Shown: positions 24,620 to 34,060, counted from the first letter of the stretch. The stretch: 39,139 bases of DNA from a virus (IMGVR_UViG_3300005918_000018); one strand, 5' to 3'. Translations and numbers: made by a program. Notes: generated from the letters alone by a model not told the origin.

Positions 24620-26866
24620 TTAAACGATATTAGAATCACATACTGGGCATTGACCAATCTCTTTCAGATAGTCTGTTACAGCATTCTGAGCTTTTATAAC
24701 CTCATCATCAATCTTAACACTTTCAGCTTCAAGTCCCATGATATTAGCAACAGCCATATCATACTGAGATGATAACCCCTTAGTCAGACCAATTGCCATT
24801 AATATCTGTTCGGCTTTGGTCATATCCATATCACCCAAGGATATAACATCTATCCCTGTCAACAAAGACACTTCCCCAGAAGCTTTCCGGTATCGATCAT
24901 GAAGAACCTGAATAATATCAACACTATCCAAAAGGTTATCCAAAACACCCATTTCTTTATCTTCTGGTATTTCTATTTTCTCAATACCTGTCAGATACTC
25001 TACGGTATTAGATACTTTTACAAATCTTTCGTGAAGGGTTGTAATTATCTCCATCTCATCCAGAGCACCGCCGGCATTATCCAATTCACCGGTGTCTGGC
25101 ACATCAAGATTCTCAATACCCTCTAAACGAGCTACTTCATCAATAGCCTCTGCATACCGAGCACGTAACTCCCGTACTCCTATCAGAGCACTTTCAATTC
25201 GAGTGATATTTACAGCATCAGCTTCGAGGGTCTCTACAATGACGATAACATCATCTATGCCCTCGAACCGCTGAAGGTTGTCTTCTAACTTCTCTTTATC
25301 TCCCCGTCTAATCTTCAACTCTGAGTTGGCAGAACGACGGTCAGATTCCGATAATCGGAGAGCTTGATTAAGCTGGGTCACTCTATCCACGTCAGCTACA
25401 GCCTCAGCTAATACCGAACCAGGTTGGTCAAGCAAGAAAAGCTGACCTGTAAATTGGTTAGCAAACTGAGGCCAGAGTTCACGGTTACCTGCCTGAATAG
25501 GACAAATCCCTAAGTCAGATACTTCCGTTGGAACAGCCTGCCCGGGATGGATTGGATTACTCTGATCCACAATGTACGTGGGTTTAGACTTTAAACCCTT
25601 CTCCCAATATACGGTATGGTCACCAAGATCCACGGTAACCATGGATTTGGCTGCACCATTCCGAACAAATGCAGAGCCACGGGTATTCTGAAATGTACCC
25701 CTTGTGGCCCGCATTAAAGCCGAATTATGTGTGACAATATGATCATTAACTTGAAAAAGTTCACTAGGGTGATCTACAGTTAGACAAGTACATTTTACTA
25801 ATTTTTCTAATTTTAAAAAACTAACCATTAAAGGATTATCTCGTCTAACTACAGGTCTAACACGACAAAGTTTTCGAGACAATCTAAACAAATCAACAGA
25901 TCCTAGATGTATATATAAATTATAACAAGGACGGCCACTATATTTTTTACCTTTTTTCTTATAATAAGGATGTTTTTTTATAGTACTTGTAACTTTACCT
26001 CCGAGAGACCTAACCACTTCTATTACATCTACAGCCAACTTACTAGAAGTCGTATAATAAACTTTCTTCCCATCCTTAGATATAAATCCGTCAGTATCCA
26101 TCAAGCCCTGTAAAACACCTAACCGAACTTCTGGGTTATTATATTTATAAATAGAGGGGATAAATTTTTCAGATGAACCCACTGTAACCCCTAAATCATC
26201 CAAAGCTCTATTAACAGGGTTATCTTTCCACCTATTACGAGCTGATATCCTATAATTGTATTTATCATTAGGGGAAGATGTAACCCTAACCCCATCAGGA
26301 AGAATAGATCGTACCGAATCTAATATTTCATCATCTGCTGTTGAGAATCTAGTACTATTATGTTTTAAGCTCCCGTCTCCTAATAACACCCCAATTAAAT
26401 AAGGATCTAAAGGAATACTCTGGGATAGATACTGTGCTGGACCTGCCACAGGGATTGCGGGTCTATTCCCCCCAACAGGGTTTATAGTAACTGCATCAAT
26501 TATTTGTTTTGTAGTTAAATCCTGCCACTTATAATCAGGAAACCTGTTATTACCAAAACTGACCCTCCACAAATGTTCTTCATCTACTATAACTTTCCGC
26601 CCATCATCAAACAAAATCTCCCATGCTGGTCTTAACCCTTGTGGGAAAACCCCCGTAATTATAGTGCAAGAGCCATCACCACTAATTATACTGTCCCCCA
26701 CAACCAAAGACTCCACAGGTTGCCACCCATTAGGGGTGGCAACCTGTGTGCCATGAGCAAGAGCCTTCCCACCATTGTTGGTGCCGGTGATTACGGTAAA
26801 TCCTTTTACCACAATCTCGGCATCCTCAATGGATTGGAAATTTTGAACTTTGATTTTAACCGTCAC
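24620..26866 (-). CDS. sbcC: SbcC/Rad50 N-terminal half (Walker A, Q-loop, coiled coil, terminal CPVC hook), interrupted by an intein
   Basis: VQNFQSI, FTVITGTNNGGK[intein]SALMRA, FANQF Q-loop, C-terminal CPVC; no Walker B. Start likely GTG at 26866, overlapping the recA 3' end. Confidence 0.9.
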   Translation of the reverse strand: MTVKIKVQNFQSIEDAEIVVKGFTVITGTNNGGKALAHGTQVATPNGWQPVESLVVGDSIISGDGSCTIITGVFPQGLRPAWEILFDDGRKVIVDEEHLWRVSFGNNRFPDYKWQDLTTKQIIDAVTINPVGGNRPAIPVAGPAQYLSQSIPLDPYLIGVLLGDGSLKHNSTRFSTADDEILDSVRSILPDGVRVTSSPNDKYNYRISARNRWKDNPVNRALDDLGVTVGSSEKFIPSIYKYNNPEVRLGVLQGLMDTDGFISKDGKKVYYTTSSKLAVDVIEVVRSLGGKVTSTIKKHPYYKKKGKKYSGRPCYNLYIHLGSVDLFRLSRKLCRVRPVVRRDNPLMVSFLKLEKLVKCTCLTVDHPSELFQVNDHIVTHNSALMRATRGTFQNTRGSAFVRNGAAKSMVTVDLGDHTVYWEKGLKSKPTYIVDQSNPIHPGQAVPTEVSDLGICPIQAGNRELWPQFANQFTGQLFLLDQPGSVLAEAVADVDRVTQLNQALRLSESDRRSANSELKIRRGDKEKLEDNLQRFEGIDDVIVIVETLEADAVNITRIESALIGVRELRARYAEAIDEVARLEGIENLDVPDTGELDNAGGALDEMEIITTLHERFVKVSNTVEYLTGIEKIEIPEDKEMGVLDNLLDSVDIIQVLHDRYRKASGEVSLLTGIDVISLGDMDMTKAEQILMAIGLTKGLSSQYDMAVANIMGLEAESVKIDDEVIKAQNAVTDYLKEIGQCPVCDSNIV
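24731..25264 (-). repeat. Four degenerate 43-47 aa repeats in the SbcC arm
   Basis: Units begin EGIDDV, EGIENL, TGIEKI and TGIDVI; the first three share an L(H/R)xR(Y/F) segment, which is degenerate (LSSQY) in the fourth. Confidence 0.75.
25724..26764 (-). mobile_element. 347-aa intein with LAGLIDADG homing endonuclease; class 3 signature
   Basis: Begins ALAHGTQV and ends VTHN before Ser. Block B DEEHLW, block F CLTVD, endonuclease blocks YLIGVLLGDG and LQGLMDTDG. Confidence 0.93.
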
Positions 26867-28232
26867 TGTTTTCCTCATCAACAAGAGCACCCTGAACTTT
26901 TGCAACTTCAGAATCATCAGATACTTCCATACCGGAACCATCAGCATTCTTACCCTCAAGAATGTTATTGATCTCCATCATCGACATATCTTCAGCCGTG
27001 TCTGCATCAGGATCAACCAGCACGTCATCTGAGGAATAGATAGCTGCCGTAGCCTGAGCATACAGCTCATCTATAGCACCAGCAGATTCATAAATAAGAT
27101 CTTTGAATTTCTCCATCCCTTGAACCCGCAGGATCTCACCGTTGCCACGTTCCCAAGTGAACCAACCACCACCCTCTTTCTTGAGGATTTTGTGTGTAGA
27201 ACCATAGAGAATAAGGGAACGGAGGTCGTCAATACCATAACCATACTTGATGTATATCTCGACATCACGACCCTGAGAAGCTGAAACCTTACATTTATCA
27301 GCTCGAACTCTGATCTTTGCACCAGAAGAAAGTTTCTCTTTCTTGTGCTTCATGGTGTCGTACCCTTCAGTTTTCTCAGAGGCCAAACGGGTCATACCTA
27401 TTCGAACATCAGAGTAGAACTTCCAAGCATTACCACCTTGAGTAGACCCACCATCTCCTGCTGCTGCACCATAACCAGAGGTGTTGATAGCAGAACGGAG
27501 CTGGCTAATACCAATAATAGCAGTAGCTTTCTTTATAACTTTTTTCTTGTCTTTGACTGTGATGCCTTCTTTTATAACACCACGAAGCTGAGGCAAGAAA
27601 TTAGACCACATTGCTGCAACTGCACCAATACGCCCAGAACTACCCTTCTCATCAAGGGATTGCTCCATGACGGCTTTCGGGACACCAGCACCAACAGAGT
27701 CAATAACAATCAAGTCAACCCCAGCCTTGGCAAATGCCCAGATAACCATCAAACCTTCTTCGAGGGTGTTTGGTTGAACCAGCTTGAAATGAGCTTCATC
27801 ATCAACAGGAACACCAAGAGCCTTGGCATAATCATTAACGATAGCATTTTCCCAATCAATATAAGCCACAGTACCACCGTTAGCAATAGTCTTAGCTGCA
27901 ATGGTCAAAGCCATTGTAGTCTTACCTGCTGACTCACGGCCATACAAGTTGATAACTTTACCTTTTGGGATACCAGGACAAGGTGGGACACCGTATCTGT
28001 TCAATTTCCCACCAATCAGATAATCTACCATCGTAGAACCTGTTGGTAGATGGGGGAGGGATTTCTTAAAACTGTCCTCATTGATGGCCACAAAAGGGTC
28101 ATCCAACTTCTTAGCTTTAAAAGCCTTTTGAACCAGATCAGTTCCGATCTGTAAAGCAGTTAGATTTTTTGAAACTACTACTTTTTTCTTGACTGCTTTT
28201 TTAGTTACAGCCTTCTTTTTAACTGTTGCCAT
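26856..28232 (-). CDS. recA: RecA recombinase
   Basis: PTGS, GRESAGKTT, YIDWE, VIDSVGA, ISQLR, GGNAWKFYSDVRI, KCKV; Lys-rich N-terminus and acidic C-terminal tail. Confidence 0.96.
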   Translation of the reverse strand: MATVKKKAVTKKAVKKKVVVSKNLTALQIGTDLVQKAFKAKKLDDPFVAINEDSFKKSLPHLPTGSTMVDYLIGGKLNRYGVPPCPGIPKGKVINLYGRESAGKTTMALTIAAKTIANGGTVAYIDWENAIVNDYAKALGVPVDDEAHFKLVQPNTLEEGLMVIWAFAKAGVDLIVIDSVGAGVPKAVMEQSLDEKGSSGRIGAVAAMWSNFLPQLRGVIKEGITVKDKKKVIKKATAIIGISQLRSAINTSGYGAAAGDGGSTQGGNAWKFYSDVRIGMTRLASEKTEGYDTMKHKKEKLSSGAKIRVRADKCKVSASQGRDVEIYIKYGYGIDDLRSLILYGSTHKILKKEGGGWFTWERGNGEILRVQGMEKFKDLIYESAGAIDELYAQATAAIYSSDDVLVDPDADTAEDMSMMEINNILEGKNADGSGMEVSDDSEVAKVQGALVDEENSDG

Positions 28233-28235
28233 TTA

Positions 28236-28946
28236 TTACTCCTTGCTCCATAAGAAGAATCTTTCATCTTCTCTATATAAGATACCCGACTCAACCGTGG
28301 TTCCGGCTTTCTTTCCACGTTGATATGTATGTATTGCTGTAAATTGTTTCCTCTCCAGTGGGGTTAGTGTTTCCACTGTAGAAGATTTACCATCGAAATT
28401 GTCAATCAAACTATCATAGTATTTCCAAAACCTGCCTGCTGTAAAGGCTACCCAATAAGCATCGGCCTCATTATGATCCCATACACCTTTTCTACCGTTA
28501 TCCCATTTAGCTGCTTCTACCATATCAGGTTTCTCCATCTTCCACTTACCTGGACGAAACGGAGTTGTAATAGGCTTTCCTGTCTTAGGGTCAGTTGTCA
28601 CCACTGGTAATGCCCGTGCGTGAGCTTTTATCTGACCTGGAGAAAAGAATACCACATCTATTTGAGATTTTTTCATGGCTTCACAAGTATACAGAAAAAG
28701 TCCGTACATCCCTTCGGAGTACAGATTATGGAAAACAGGGTACTCAACACCAAGTCGAGTAACTCCTAGTTTTTGGATAAGGTTCTCCACTCGTCCACGT
28801 AGATCAATGTATCTGTCGACGAATAAAGTCTTAGCTGACGTTTGAAACCTACCCCTGTCAAGACAACGGCTGGACCCTACACCTTCTGTATCGTGTAAAG
28901 CCCAGCCGAAATTTGTTAGACTAGGGTCAAAACCCAGAATCTGCAT
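28236..28946 (-). CDS. RuvC-like Holliday junction resolvase
   Basis: ILGFDPSLTNFGWA, LGVEYP, DHNEADA; start likely 28946. Confidence 0.8.
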   Translation of the reverse strand: MQILGFDPSLTNFGWALHDTEGVGSSRCLDRGRFQTSAKTLFVDRYIDLRGRVENLIQKLGVTRLGVEYPVFHNLYSEGMYGLFLYTCEAMKKSQIDVVFFSPGQIKAHARALPVVTTDPKTGKPITTPFRPGKWKMEKPDMVEAAKWDNGRKGVWDHNEADAYWVAFTAGRFWKYYDSLIDNFDGKSSTVETLTPLERKQFTAIHTYQRGKKAGTTVESGILYREDERFFLWSKE

Positions 28947-28950
28947 AGGC

Positions 28951-29676
28951 TTAGTCGTCGAGGATTCCACCGACGAGATCGTCGATATTACCAGTCACGG
29001 CCATGTCAGGAGAACCTGTTGTAGCAGGACCACTACCTCCACCAGACATCTTCTGACGAACTTGATCGAGAGTCATCTCATGGCCAATTTCGTTGTGGAT
29101 GTTAGCAGCTACTTCCTGAGCATCTTTCAGGATCTTGGCAGCAATCTCTTTGCCTTTAGCAGAATCACTGTCATAGAACTTGCGGAACAGGTTCTCTTTG
29201 CAGGGAGAGAAGGTCAGTTTTTGGTACTGGGTATCAGAGCAAACGACGGTTACATCGTGGCTACCGAAATGGAATTCCTTATGGTTCATCTTCAAGGACT
29301 TGTATTTATCGTCCGAGAATAACCATGCTTTCACATCACATTCACCAGCACTGACTTTTTCAGGAATGATGTTACCGTCCTTGTCAGTAGGCCATACAAT
29401 AATGGCAGTCCCGATACGGCTACGGGGAGGTGAACCGGCCAGCTTCGTGTACTCTGGTCCTTGGTTGACAACGTAGCCAACTTTTTCAATGTAGTGCGTT
29501 AAAGCACCACGGAAATCTGGACCATCAGCATCCATATTAGGTGTGCCTTTGTCCAAGTCTGGCCACATGATAAATGTGAAACGATAGGTATTACCTGTCT
29601 CACCTTTCCATCTGTCACCTTTTTTGCCAACGTGTTCATCGTTCTTACCGAAGGTAAATCCTTTGAATCCACTCAT
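28951..29676 (-). CDS. Putative single-stranded DNA-binding protein (gp32-like)
   Basis: Aromatic/basic beta-rich core, Gly/Pro linker, acidic C-terminal tip (DDLVGGILDD), located beside the ruvC-like gene and recA. Confidence 0.5.
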   Translation of the reverse strand: MSGFKGFTFGKNDEHVGKKGDRWKGETGNTYRFTFIMWPDLDKGTPNMDADGPDFRGALTHYIEKVGYVVNQGPEYTKLAGSPPRSRIGTAIIVWPTDKDGNIIPEKVSAGECDVKAWLFSDDKYKSLKMNHKEFHFGSHDVTVVCSDTQYQKLTFSPCKENLFRKFYDSDSAKGKEIAAKILKDAQEVAANIHNEIGHEMTLDQVRQKMSGGGSGPATTGSPDMAVTGNIDDLVGGILDD

Positions 29677-29712
29677 CTTTAACTCTCCTTAGTTTGTTTG
29701 CACATAGTGCAG

Positions 29713-29745
29713 TTTAGGACAGAACAGGGTCATTTTTTAGGACAG
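29713..29745. repeat. Exact 10-bp direct repeat in the leader of the putative SSB gene
   Basis: TTTAGGACAG at 29713-29722 and 29736-29745. Confidence 0.8.
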
Positions 29746-29775
29746 GTTCCGTCAATCTTCTATACCCTAATTTTA

Positions 29776-30669
29776 TTATTCTTTTTCAAAAGAGGATAAA
29801 ATATCCTCTATACCACCATCATTCAACGGTGGTTTTGCTTTAGGTGGTGTCTTTTTGGGGGTCTCCACAATGCTCATACTCAAGAAAGCATCTGTCTCTT
29901 TCTCTGTAACTGTAGGGGCTAACTCTTTTTCAATGTCCGCAGCCGTCTCATCAATATCTTTAATGAGATTGGTTATAGTGTCGGACTCATTTTCTGTCTC
30001 AACTACCTCAACCTCTACTGTTTCCTCAGTCTCCTCAGTTTCTTCCTCGACTATATCACCAATAGCCAGCTCAACATCTACACCTTCCAGCATTTCTTTC
30101 ATGTCTGTTACCGGAGCTGGGACAGCAATGCCTGGATTCAGATCGAAATCTCCGAAAATCTTGGAACCCCAACGAGCACCCAAGCCTATCTCCTCACCAC
30201 ACAAACGATGCTGGTCACGTAAACGACTCTCAATGTCCTTCAAGTCTGCTCGTTTGGCTTTAACCACCAATAGAACTGCCGTCAGGCTCTCAGTAGCCAT
30301 CTCAAGGTCATGGACTTTCATCACTTCATCGTGGAGCTTGCCAGAGGCAATAGCTTCTCTATCTGAAACACTTCGGCCTGCACGAGTTTCTGGGTCAGTG
30401 GCAAATAAATGTTTCTTAGCCAGTTCCAGCGTTAGAGTCCCGACCTTGAGTTGTCGTCTCATCCTGTGAAGTTGTTCAGCTACGTCCAGAAATACCCGTT
30501 CACACCGACTCAACATTCCCCGTACTTGGGCAATTTTATTATTAAGCCTCTTAGGACCATAAGCTAAAGGGTCTTCATCTAAATCCAGATCAAGATCACC
30601 TAACTCACTGAAAATAACATCTGCTTCTTTCTGACCAAAAAAACCTTTACTCATTGGCTTACTCTCCAC
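29776..30669 (-). CDS. Helical protein with a long acidic tail; possible UvsY-like recombination mediator
   Basis: N-terminal helical bundle (RSVSDREAIA...VKAKRADLKDIESRL), Glu/Thr-rich tail, located in the recombination block. Confidence 0.35.
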   Translation of the reverse strand: MESKPMSKGFFGQKEADVIFSELGDLDLDLDEDPLAYGPKRLNNKIAQVRGMLSRCERVFLDVAEQLHRMRRQLKVGTLTLELAKKHLFATDPETRAGRSVSDREAIASGKLHDEVMKVHDLEMATESLTAVLLVVKAKRADLKDIESRLRDQHRLCGEEIGLGARWGSKIFGDFDLNPGIAVPAPVTDMKEMLEGVDVELAIGDIVEEETEETEETVEVEVVETENESDTITNLIKDIDETAADIEKELAPTVTEKETDAFLSMSIVETPKKTPPKAKPPLNDGGIEDILSSFEKE

Positions 30670-31077
30670 TTATTTTTTATCCTGAAATAACTCAGCCATC
30701 AATCGTGAATAATTTCCTTTGATAACTATGACGGCATTGTTACACTCATCAGGAGTTATGTTACCACCAGCAGCAGCATTCTGATGGGCTACAATATCAG
30801 CTTGCATCCCAAGTATGTAAGCAGCCAGCTTAGATTCTTTGAGGGTCATACCCACACTACTAAAGGCTGTACCTTCGTCTCCATCTTGTGCAGAAATCAA
30901 ACTTGCACCACCACCGGCATCATCCTGAACAGTGTCCCAAGCTGCTGAGAATCCAACGTAATGATCTCCAGCACGACCTTTGACACTTCTGGTTGCTACT
31001 GTTTTGGTGATACGGAGTTTGTTCTTCACGGAACAAATAGCTTTTCTTGCTGCATCTGTTAATACTAATTTACTCAT
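30670..31077 (-). CDS. Hypothetical protein
   Basis: Start likely 31077 after AGGAGG. Confidence 0.6.
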   Translation of the reverse strand: MSKLVLTDAARKAICSVKNKLRITKTVATRSVKGRAGDHYVGFSAAWDTVQDDAGGGASLISAQDGDEGTAFSSVGMTLKESKLAAYILGMQADIVAHQNAAAGGNITPDECNNAVIVIKGNYSRLMAELFQDKK

Positions 31078-31139
31078 AATATCCAACCTCCTTAAGGGTG
31101 GTAAATCGTTCATTCTCTTTACCCCAAAAAAAAGAAGAA

Positions 31140-33503
31140 TTAAGAAGAGATTGACTGAATTAGGCGGTCTTTCAGTAATGTGTTTCGGAGGTCTTCTTTA
31201 TCATTGAAAACTGCCTGAGATAAAGCTGAGTGGTCTCCAACTAAAATAACTTTATTCTTAGCTCTGGTTACAGCCGTATAAAGTAAATTCCTTTGAAGCT
31301 GATGCCTGAACCCATCCACGATAGGCATTACAATATACTCATATTCTAAACCTTGAGCCTTATGAACAGTACAGGCGTAAGCCATCCGAACTAACTTAGA
31401 CAAATCCTTAAAAGGAACTTGAATAATCAACGGGAAAGTCCCGAAAATCTTGAGTTCCACTTCTTTTGCTGTCCTGTCAATCCGAGAAACTTTACCCACA
31501 TCACCGTTGAACACTCCCAATTTATAGTTATTCTTGATAATCATAATCCGATCATCTTCACGAATAGTCCCGTGGCCCATCTTGAGTTCTTGAAGACCAC
31601 CCTTCTGAGGATTCAAAAGCTCTCTTAGATTAGTATTCAAATTGGTTACACCAACTGTCCCTTTATGCCGAGGAGACAGAATTTGAAAATTCTTTCGAGC
31701 TTTATATAACTTAACAGCCACTTGTTTAATGGTCTCCAACACACCGTTTTCACTTTCAGCCCTAATCAACATGAAATCCGAAGGAGCTTCACATTTAGGA
31801 ACTTTTCCATGGTGAATGTCGTGTGCTGCAAAAACAATATCAGAAGTATCCTTTTGACGGAAAATCTCTGTCAGGTTCACCATTGGGAATTTATCAGAAT
31901 TTATCATGTCTCGAAGGACATTACCTGGACCAACCGAAGGCAACTGAGCAGCATCTCCAACAAACACTAGCCTGCATGTCTCAGCAGTACATGTCAGAAT
32001 TCGATACAGCAAATGCTGATCCAACATTGAGGCTTCATCTACAATGACAACCTGAGCAGGATGGGTATTAGCCCCGCCGTATCCCCAAATACCATTCTTG
32101 TCGAAACCACCAACTTTAGCATTAGCTTCTCCTGTAATACCTGCATAAGTGGATTCACGTTCGTTACCTGCCCCACCTTTAGCTGCAAAAGCCCGATGAA
32201 TGGTATAAGCTCTAGCCCCTGTCAGAGTGGCTAAGTTCTTGGCAGCAATCCCAGTAGGAGCACATAGCAAGAATGGTATCTGAGCTTCTTGGAAAATACG
32301 AACAGCAGCCCGTAAACTCGTAGTCTTTCCCGTGCCTGGCAAACCTGTTAAAATAGATACAGGTTCTTTCAAAGCATGGATGATTCCCTCTTGTTGATGT
32401 TTAGATAAACTGAGGCTTTCGTACTCACCCCATTCGGTAATAGCTTTCTTAACCACAGTATTGAGTTGAACTCGTTTATTCTTTACGACCTTAGCCGTCT
32501 TAGGACCCACTGAGGCAAGTGCTTCAATGTAAGGACGTGCTTTTAGACTCCCTGACGTGAAACGTGCCTTAGAGTGGCGTTTAGCCATCATTTCAGTTGA
32601 TATCCGTTCCATGTCCCAAGCTCTAATATCATAAACTGCCACCAAGCCTGGACGAGTCTCTCGGTCTACATAGAATTTCTTCTCTTTGTGGAGTTCTCCA
32701 ATAGCCTTAGCTACATCCTTGCCCTCTGCCCCTGCAACCAAACTCTGAACTTGACCCAGAATCTGACCAGTGGAAAGATAAAGATGCCCAGAGAATCCCT
32801 GTTGGGAACGACAACTAAACAGAACAGCCCCACGTATTCGATTAGGGTCAGTCATATCCAATCTCAAACGAGTAGCAATCTCATCTGTCTGTTGGAATGT
32901 AATCCCATCCAGCTCAATCAAAGCCCAAGGATTTGCACTTAAGACTTCGATTGCTGAATCCTCGAAGTGAGACCAGACTTGTCTGACCTTACCTCCAGGG
33001 AGCCCTAAATCGGCAAGGAACATTAGAGTTTTGAAATAAGCTTGAACTGCTTGCCATTGTTGATGTACAAAAGTAGCAGCAAAATCATCTAACCCAGCTT
33101 TTTTCAAAATTACCAAATCACTCAAGGCAGCAATGAAATCATCATCCCCTGTAAATTTTCGTATTTTCTTTAAAATACTGCTGGCCACACCATTACCAGA
33201 AAGCATTTTTTCAGCAGTCTCAGGATCCCAGTCGTCTTTAAACACAGGGGCTCTCTGGATATTCAACTGCTTTCCATACTTAGGGTCGTTTTTCCACGAA
33301 CCTTCAAAACCAAACCACATCCCGACTTTCACATCCATGCCGGGAACATAGCCTTTAACGATTGAGATATTAGAAGAACGAAGAAAATCAGCGGGGGTAG
33401 AAGAATCATCATCCAAGACCATCTTTAAAATATAAAATGCTTGTGTGGAATCTTCATAAATTACTGTAATAACACGACCGGAAAAATACAAATGGGGCCT
33501 CAC
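31140..33503 (-). CDS. recD2: RecD2-like SF1B DNA helicase
   Basis: N-terminal OB- and HhH-like regions; GLPGTGKTT, APTGIAA, DEASM, GDAAQLPSV, YACTVHKAQG, LYTAVTRAK. Confidence 0.93.
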   Translation of the reverse strand: MRPHLYFSGRVITVIYEDSTQAFYILKMVLDDDSSTPADFLRSSNISIVKGYVPGMDVKVGMWFGFEGSWKNDPKYGKQLNIQRAPVFKDDWDPETAEKMLSGNGVASSILKKIRKFTGDDDFIAALSDLVILKKAGLDDFAATFVHQQWQAVQAYFKTLMFLADLGLPGGKVRQVWSHFEDSAIEVLSANPWALIELDGITFQQTDEIATRLRLDMTDPNRIRGAVLFSCRSQQGFSGHLYLSTGQILGQVQSLVAGAEGKDVAKAIGELHKEKKFYVDRETRPGLVAVYDIRAWDMERISTEMMAKRHSKARFTSGSLKARPYIEALASVGPKTAKVVKNKRVQLNTVVKKAITEWGEYESLSLSKHQQEGIIHALKEPVSILTGLPGTGKTTSLRAAVRIFQEAQIPFLLCAPTGIAAKNLATLTGARAYTIHRAFAAKGGAGNERESTYAGITGEANAKVGGFDKNGIWGYGGANTHPAQVVIVDEASMLDQHLLYRILTCTAETCRLVFVGDAAQLPSVGPGNVLRDMINSDKFPMVNLTEIFRQKDTSDIVFAAHDIHHGKVPKCEAPSDFMLIRAESENGVLETIKQVAVKLYKARKNFQILSPRHKGTVGVTNLNTNLRELLNPQKGGLQELKMGHGTIREDDRIMIIKNNYKLGVFNGDVGKVSRIDRTAKEVELKIFGTFPLIIQVPFKDLSKLVRMAYACTVHKAQGLEYEYIVMPIVDGFRHQLQRNLLYTAVTRAKNKVILVGDHSALSQAVFNDKEDLRNTLLKDRLIQSISS

Positions 33504-34060
33504 TTCTTTTTCATATCTTGAAGCAGTTCTTGAAAATCCTGCATCATAGTATGTAATTGTGTAGTGGTCTGCTCTAACTTTTCTACCTGAGCAGCCGTAG
33601 TTTTAGGATCAATAGGAGCATCCAAGTTAATATCGGGAATTTCAAACTCTTCGGAAAATGTTGCTGCATCTAATAAAGTCACAGCAACCACACGGCCAAT
33701 GTGACCCTCCATTTTATCAAAAGGAATAGTCTCCACAGCATCACCGATTTGCAACCAAAAATTATCATCATTTCGTTGTAGAACTCCCGTGCTAGAGAAA
33801 TTCAAAAGAAATGCCGGGTTATCGTGATGGCCAGCAGGGCACTTACCCATCTTTTCCCACATACAACAACCACCACCCCAACGATCCTGAATAACAGGAG
33901 TGGGTGGCCAGTGATGAACTGTAATTTGAATTTTTTTATCGAGTAGGGGTTCAAGCTTCTCAGCCAGAACTGTCGGCTCAGGATAAGTATCCTGCTTAAC
34001 CAACATCTGACCATCTTTTATATAAAAAACCCCATCGACCAAAATAGATCGAAAAGACAT
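33500..34060 (-). CDS. Hypothetical protein with a GCC...CPAGHH metal-binding-like motif
   Basis: 186 aa, AGGAGG RBS, 4-nt overlap with recD2. Confidence 0.6.
   Translation of the reverse strand: MSFRSILVDGVFYIKDGQMLVKQDTYPEPTVLAEKLEPLLDKKIQITVHHWPPTPVIQDRWGGGCCMWEKMGKCPAGHHDNPAFLLNFSSTGVLQRNDDNFWLQIGDAVETIPFDKMEGHIGRVVAVTLLDAATFSEEFEIPDINLDAPIDPKTTAAQVEKLEQTTTQLHTMMQDFQELLQDMKKK

Noticed and set aside
16882-26866. sbcC as a frameshifted pseudogene or trans-splicing split intein
   Set aside because: The halves are 7 kb apart with clean starts, stops and intact catalytic motifs. The intein is complete within the N-half, and neither split end carries intein sequence.
26867-26959. N-terminal extension of the SbcC N-half given in the track
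   Set aside because: It overlaps the recA C-terminus; homology starts at the VKIKVQNF strand, and a GTG with an RBS exists at 26866.
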